From: a virus
Length of the DNA: 33,342 bases
Virus record (IMG/VR): IMGVR_UViG_3300045988_089330
Strand: one strand, 5' to 3'
A program made the position numbers and the translations under genes. The notes beneath the pieces are model-generated. The model saw only the letters and a program-made list of their open reading frames with translations, had not been told where the DNA came from and did no database searches. Below, piece after piece: positions 31,416 through 33,342 of this stretch (position 1 is its first letter; each line of letters starts with the position of its first letter).

Positions 31416-32285
31416 TCACACCCCCAAATAACGGAACCGATAGGAAATTGTAACGTTCATGTAGTCTTCCCCGGCGTCTGCTGCGTAACGGATCGTGTTC
31501 GTTCCATGCTGCAACTGTATAAAATCGCTGTCTTCGTCCAGATATTCGTTGACTTCTGTTTTTACGCCGTCGCGCACCAGATACACGGCTTTGTTGTTGG
31601 TTTCCGTTGTAATAATTACCACGTCACCGGCATTTACAGAAAACGGCCGTTCTTCGGTCCCGATTTTGATAAACTCCCCGCTTTCCGCGTGATATACGGC
31701 CGGATTTATCACCGGTCCTTCCGCTTCCAGTGTTACGGTAATACCGATATTGTCCGCGGCGCTGTCGTTCTCAATCTCCTTTAACACTTCCGCAGTACGC
31801 TCTGCAAACGGCTCCTTTTCCTCTAAAAACTCATGCGGCCACTCAAAAAGCCCCGTCCAACTTGCCATTGATACGGATAGATCTTCCAAGTCCCGGAAGA
31901 ATGGATCCGGGCAAAGAAGGGAAATTGTAAAATTCCTTACGATCCCTTTTTCGTCAATGTCTATGTCTTCCACCTTATAGTCAATCACCCGTACTTCTTC
32001 ATTTTCCATATAGGTAAAAAGTCCTGTCGACTTCGGCTTGAAACACTTATAAAGCAAGTCCCTATTTTTTTGATAATCACTTTCCATTTGCGCCGTAATT
32101 ACAATGTTCCGCTGCTTCGTGGTGCTTCCCTGATAGGTGGAACCGTCAACCATTGTATTTTCCGACGTGACAACATTATTTGAAACGGTATAGATCCCGT
32201 CCACCGACACAAGGAAGAAGGGTTCAAAGTTATAGTTAAATTCTACTTGTACCCCGTCTTCGTTTCTGCATATAATTCTTTTCAT
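31416..32285 (-). CDS. Distal tail protein (Dit)
   Basis: 289 aa immediately downstream of the tape measure gene. Typical size and position. Confidence 0.65.
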   Translation of the reverse strand: MKRIICRNEDGVQVEFNYNFEPFFLVSVDGIYTVSNNVVTSENTMVDGSTYQGSTTKQRNIVITAQMESDYQKNRDLLYKCFKPKSTGLFTYMENEEVRVIDYKVEDIDIDEKGIVRNFTISLLCPDPFFRDLEDLSVSMASWTGLFEWPHEFLEEKEPFAERTAEVLKEIENDSAADNIGITVTLEAEGPVINPAVYHAESGEFIKIGTEERPFSVNAGDVVIITTETNNKAVYLVRDGVKTEVNEYLDEDSDFIQLQHGTNTIRYAADAGEDYMNVTISYRFRYLGV

Positions 32286-32287
32286 GC

Positions 32288-33342
32288 TTAAACGCCCCCT
32301 TGTATCTGTAATACTATTTGCCGCGTCGCGTTTCTGGTCTGTCTGGCCGTCTCATACGGGGAAAGTTCCTTCGGGCTTGTAATGTTCACGTTCTGGACAA
32401 AACTTCGCGCCTGCTGCCCCGTGGCCGCGTCAAGCGCGGTATTTTTCGCGCTTCTGGTTAATGGCGTCACAATCGCTTCACCGTTCACCATTTGGATCAA
32501 CTCCGGCCCCGCTTCTGCCATGATCGCTTGACCGTTCTTCAAAATACCGCCTTTTGCCAGACGTGGAAGTGATACGGTTCCCACATGGCCCACGCTTACG
32601 CCCGGAAGTTTATTGATAACGTCAATCGCGCCGTTTATAAGTCCGATCGCGCCGTTTATTGCGTTCTCTACTGTTGCGATCGCGCTGTTTATCGCAGTTT
32701 TGAAGGCGCCGCCGATCGCGTTTCCTATATTAGTTCCTACATTCGTAAATACGCCCTTTATACTCGACCATATTCCAGAAAAAAATGTACCTATATTTGA
32801 AAACACGTTCTTTATGTTTGTGTACGCTTCATTGAATTTCGTTTGGAACCATGTTCCCACTGCCGAAAATACGTTTTTTATATCCGTCCAACGTGCCGAA
32901 AACCACTGACCGATCGCCGCAAAAACATTCTTCACGTTTGTGTAGGCGTTCTGGAACATTGTCAAGAACCACGTCGCCACCGTCGCAAGTGCCGTTTTTA
33001 TGTCCGTCCAACGGGCGCCGAACCACTGGCCGATCGCCGAAAAGACGTTCTTCACGTTCGTGTAGGCGTTCTGGAACATTGTCAAGAACCACGTCGCCAC
33101 CGTCGCAAGTGCCGTTTTTATGTCCGTCCAACGGGCGCCGAACCACTGGCCGATCGCCGAAAAGACGTTCTTCACGTTCGTGTAGGCGTTCTGGAACATT
33201 GTCAAGAACCACGTCGCCACTGTTGAAAGCGCCGTTTTTATGTCCGTCCAACGGGCGCCGAACCACTGGCCAATCGCCGCAAAAACATTCTTCACGTTCG
33301 TGTAGGCGTTCTGGAACATTGTCAAGAACCACGTCGCCACCG
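32288..33342 (-). CDS. Tail tape measure protein, C-terminal part (open at the right window edge)
   Basis: Repeats ATWFLTMFQNAYTNVKNVF.AIGQWFGARWTDIKTAL.TV, then a Gly/Ala-rich region and the C-terminus. It is in frame with 1..1975 when the 54-nt terminal overlap is merged. The combined length is about 990 aa. Confidence 0.88.
   Translation of the reverse strand, partial: VATWFLTMFQNAYTNVKNVFAAIGQWFGARWTDIKTALSTVATWFLTMFQNAYTNVKNVFSAIGQWFGARWTDIKTALATVATWFLTMFQNAYTNVKNVFSAIGQWFGARWTDIKTALATVATWFLTMFQNAYTNVKNVFAAIGQWFSARWTDIKNVFSAVGTWFQTKFNEAYTNIKNVFSNIGTFFSGIWSSIKGVFTNVGTNIGNAIGGAFKTAINSAIATVENAINGAIGLINGAIDVINKLPGVSVGHVGTVSLPRLAKGGILKNGQAIMAEAGPELIQMVNGEAIVTPLTRSAKNTALDAATGQQARSFVQNVNITSPKELSPYETARQTRNATRQIVLQIQGGV
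32821..33342 (-). repeat. 120-bp (40-codon) in-frame tandem repeats in the tape measure gene; two copies are identical
   Basis: 32941..33060 is identical to 33061..33180. 33181..33300 differs at about 10 positions. 32821..32940 is more diverged. The array continues across the window junction. Confidence 0.9.

Noticed and set aside
32829-33332. 167-aa and 127-aa alternative-frame ORFs inside the tape measure repeats
   Set aside because: The open frames are created by the repeat periodicity. The tape measure frame is continuous with flanking non-repeat sequence; the alternative frames are not.
32821-33342. Regular 120-bp repeats that could be mistaken for a CRISPR array or satellite
   Set aside because: There are no unique spacers. 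The units are contiguous and in frame, and they encode the W/F-rich repeat of the tape measure protein that continues on both sides.
1-33342. Search for an integrase/excisionase, tRNA genes, attP core, toxin-antitoxin pairs or a classical cI/cro divergent switch
   Set aside because: No tyrosine or serine recombinase motifs, cloverleaf-like tRNA sequences or CRISPR repeats were recognised by eye. Only the XRE, RHH and IS30-type proteins are reported. Absence should be confirmed with tRNAscan and HMM searches.

Overview
The window looks like a complete, circularly closed genome of about 33.3 kb from an HK97-like siphovirus. The host is probably a Gram-positive Firmicutes/Clostridia bacterium, inferred from the glucosaminidase/amidase/SH3 endolysin, BhlA- and SPP1-type holins and extended AAAGGAG Shine-Dalgarno sites. 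The first 54 nt are identical to the last 54 nt, and the break falls inside the tape measure gene. All convincing genes but one lie on the minus strand. Read in the direction of transcription the order is: small operator-controlled genes, RHH regulator, [plus-strand exonuclease-BRCT gene], XRE regulator, IS30-family transposase, stand-alone IS30-type HTH, early genes (two adenine methyltransferases, GNAT-like protein, HAD hydrolase, tandem zinc-knuckle protein, HUH rolling-circle Rep, VRR-NUC nuclease), late regulator, HNH, terS, terL, portal, ClpP-type protease, HK97 capsid, connectors, major tail, G/GT chaperones, tape measure, Dit, Tal, fibre proteins, a complete diversity-generating retroelement (target, avd, TR, RT), two holins and the endolysin. 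The strongest finding is the DGR. A 124-bp TR/VR pair differs at 14 positions, all at template adenines and almost all in AAY codons. It has an Avd gene, a DGR-type RT and a GC-rich GAAA-loop hairpin just 3' of the VR. Secondary observations: three promoters sharing a perfect ATATTGCGCAATAT palindromic operator; a G9 tract that splits an ORF, plus three further G8-G9 tracts; a C CCA AAC -1 slippery site at the G/GT junction; no recognisable integrase but an IS30-type DDE transposase; a repeat-rich non-coding block; strong apparent GATC enrichment alongside two Dam-like methylases; and near-perfect 120-bp in-frame repeats in the tape measure gene. No tRNA, rRNA or CRISPR array was seen. All functional calls come from reading the translated ORFs for motifs by eye. 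No database search was run.
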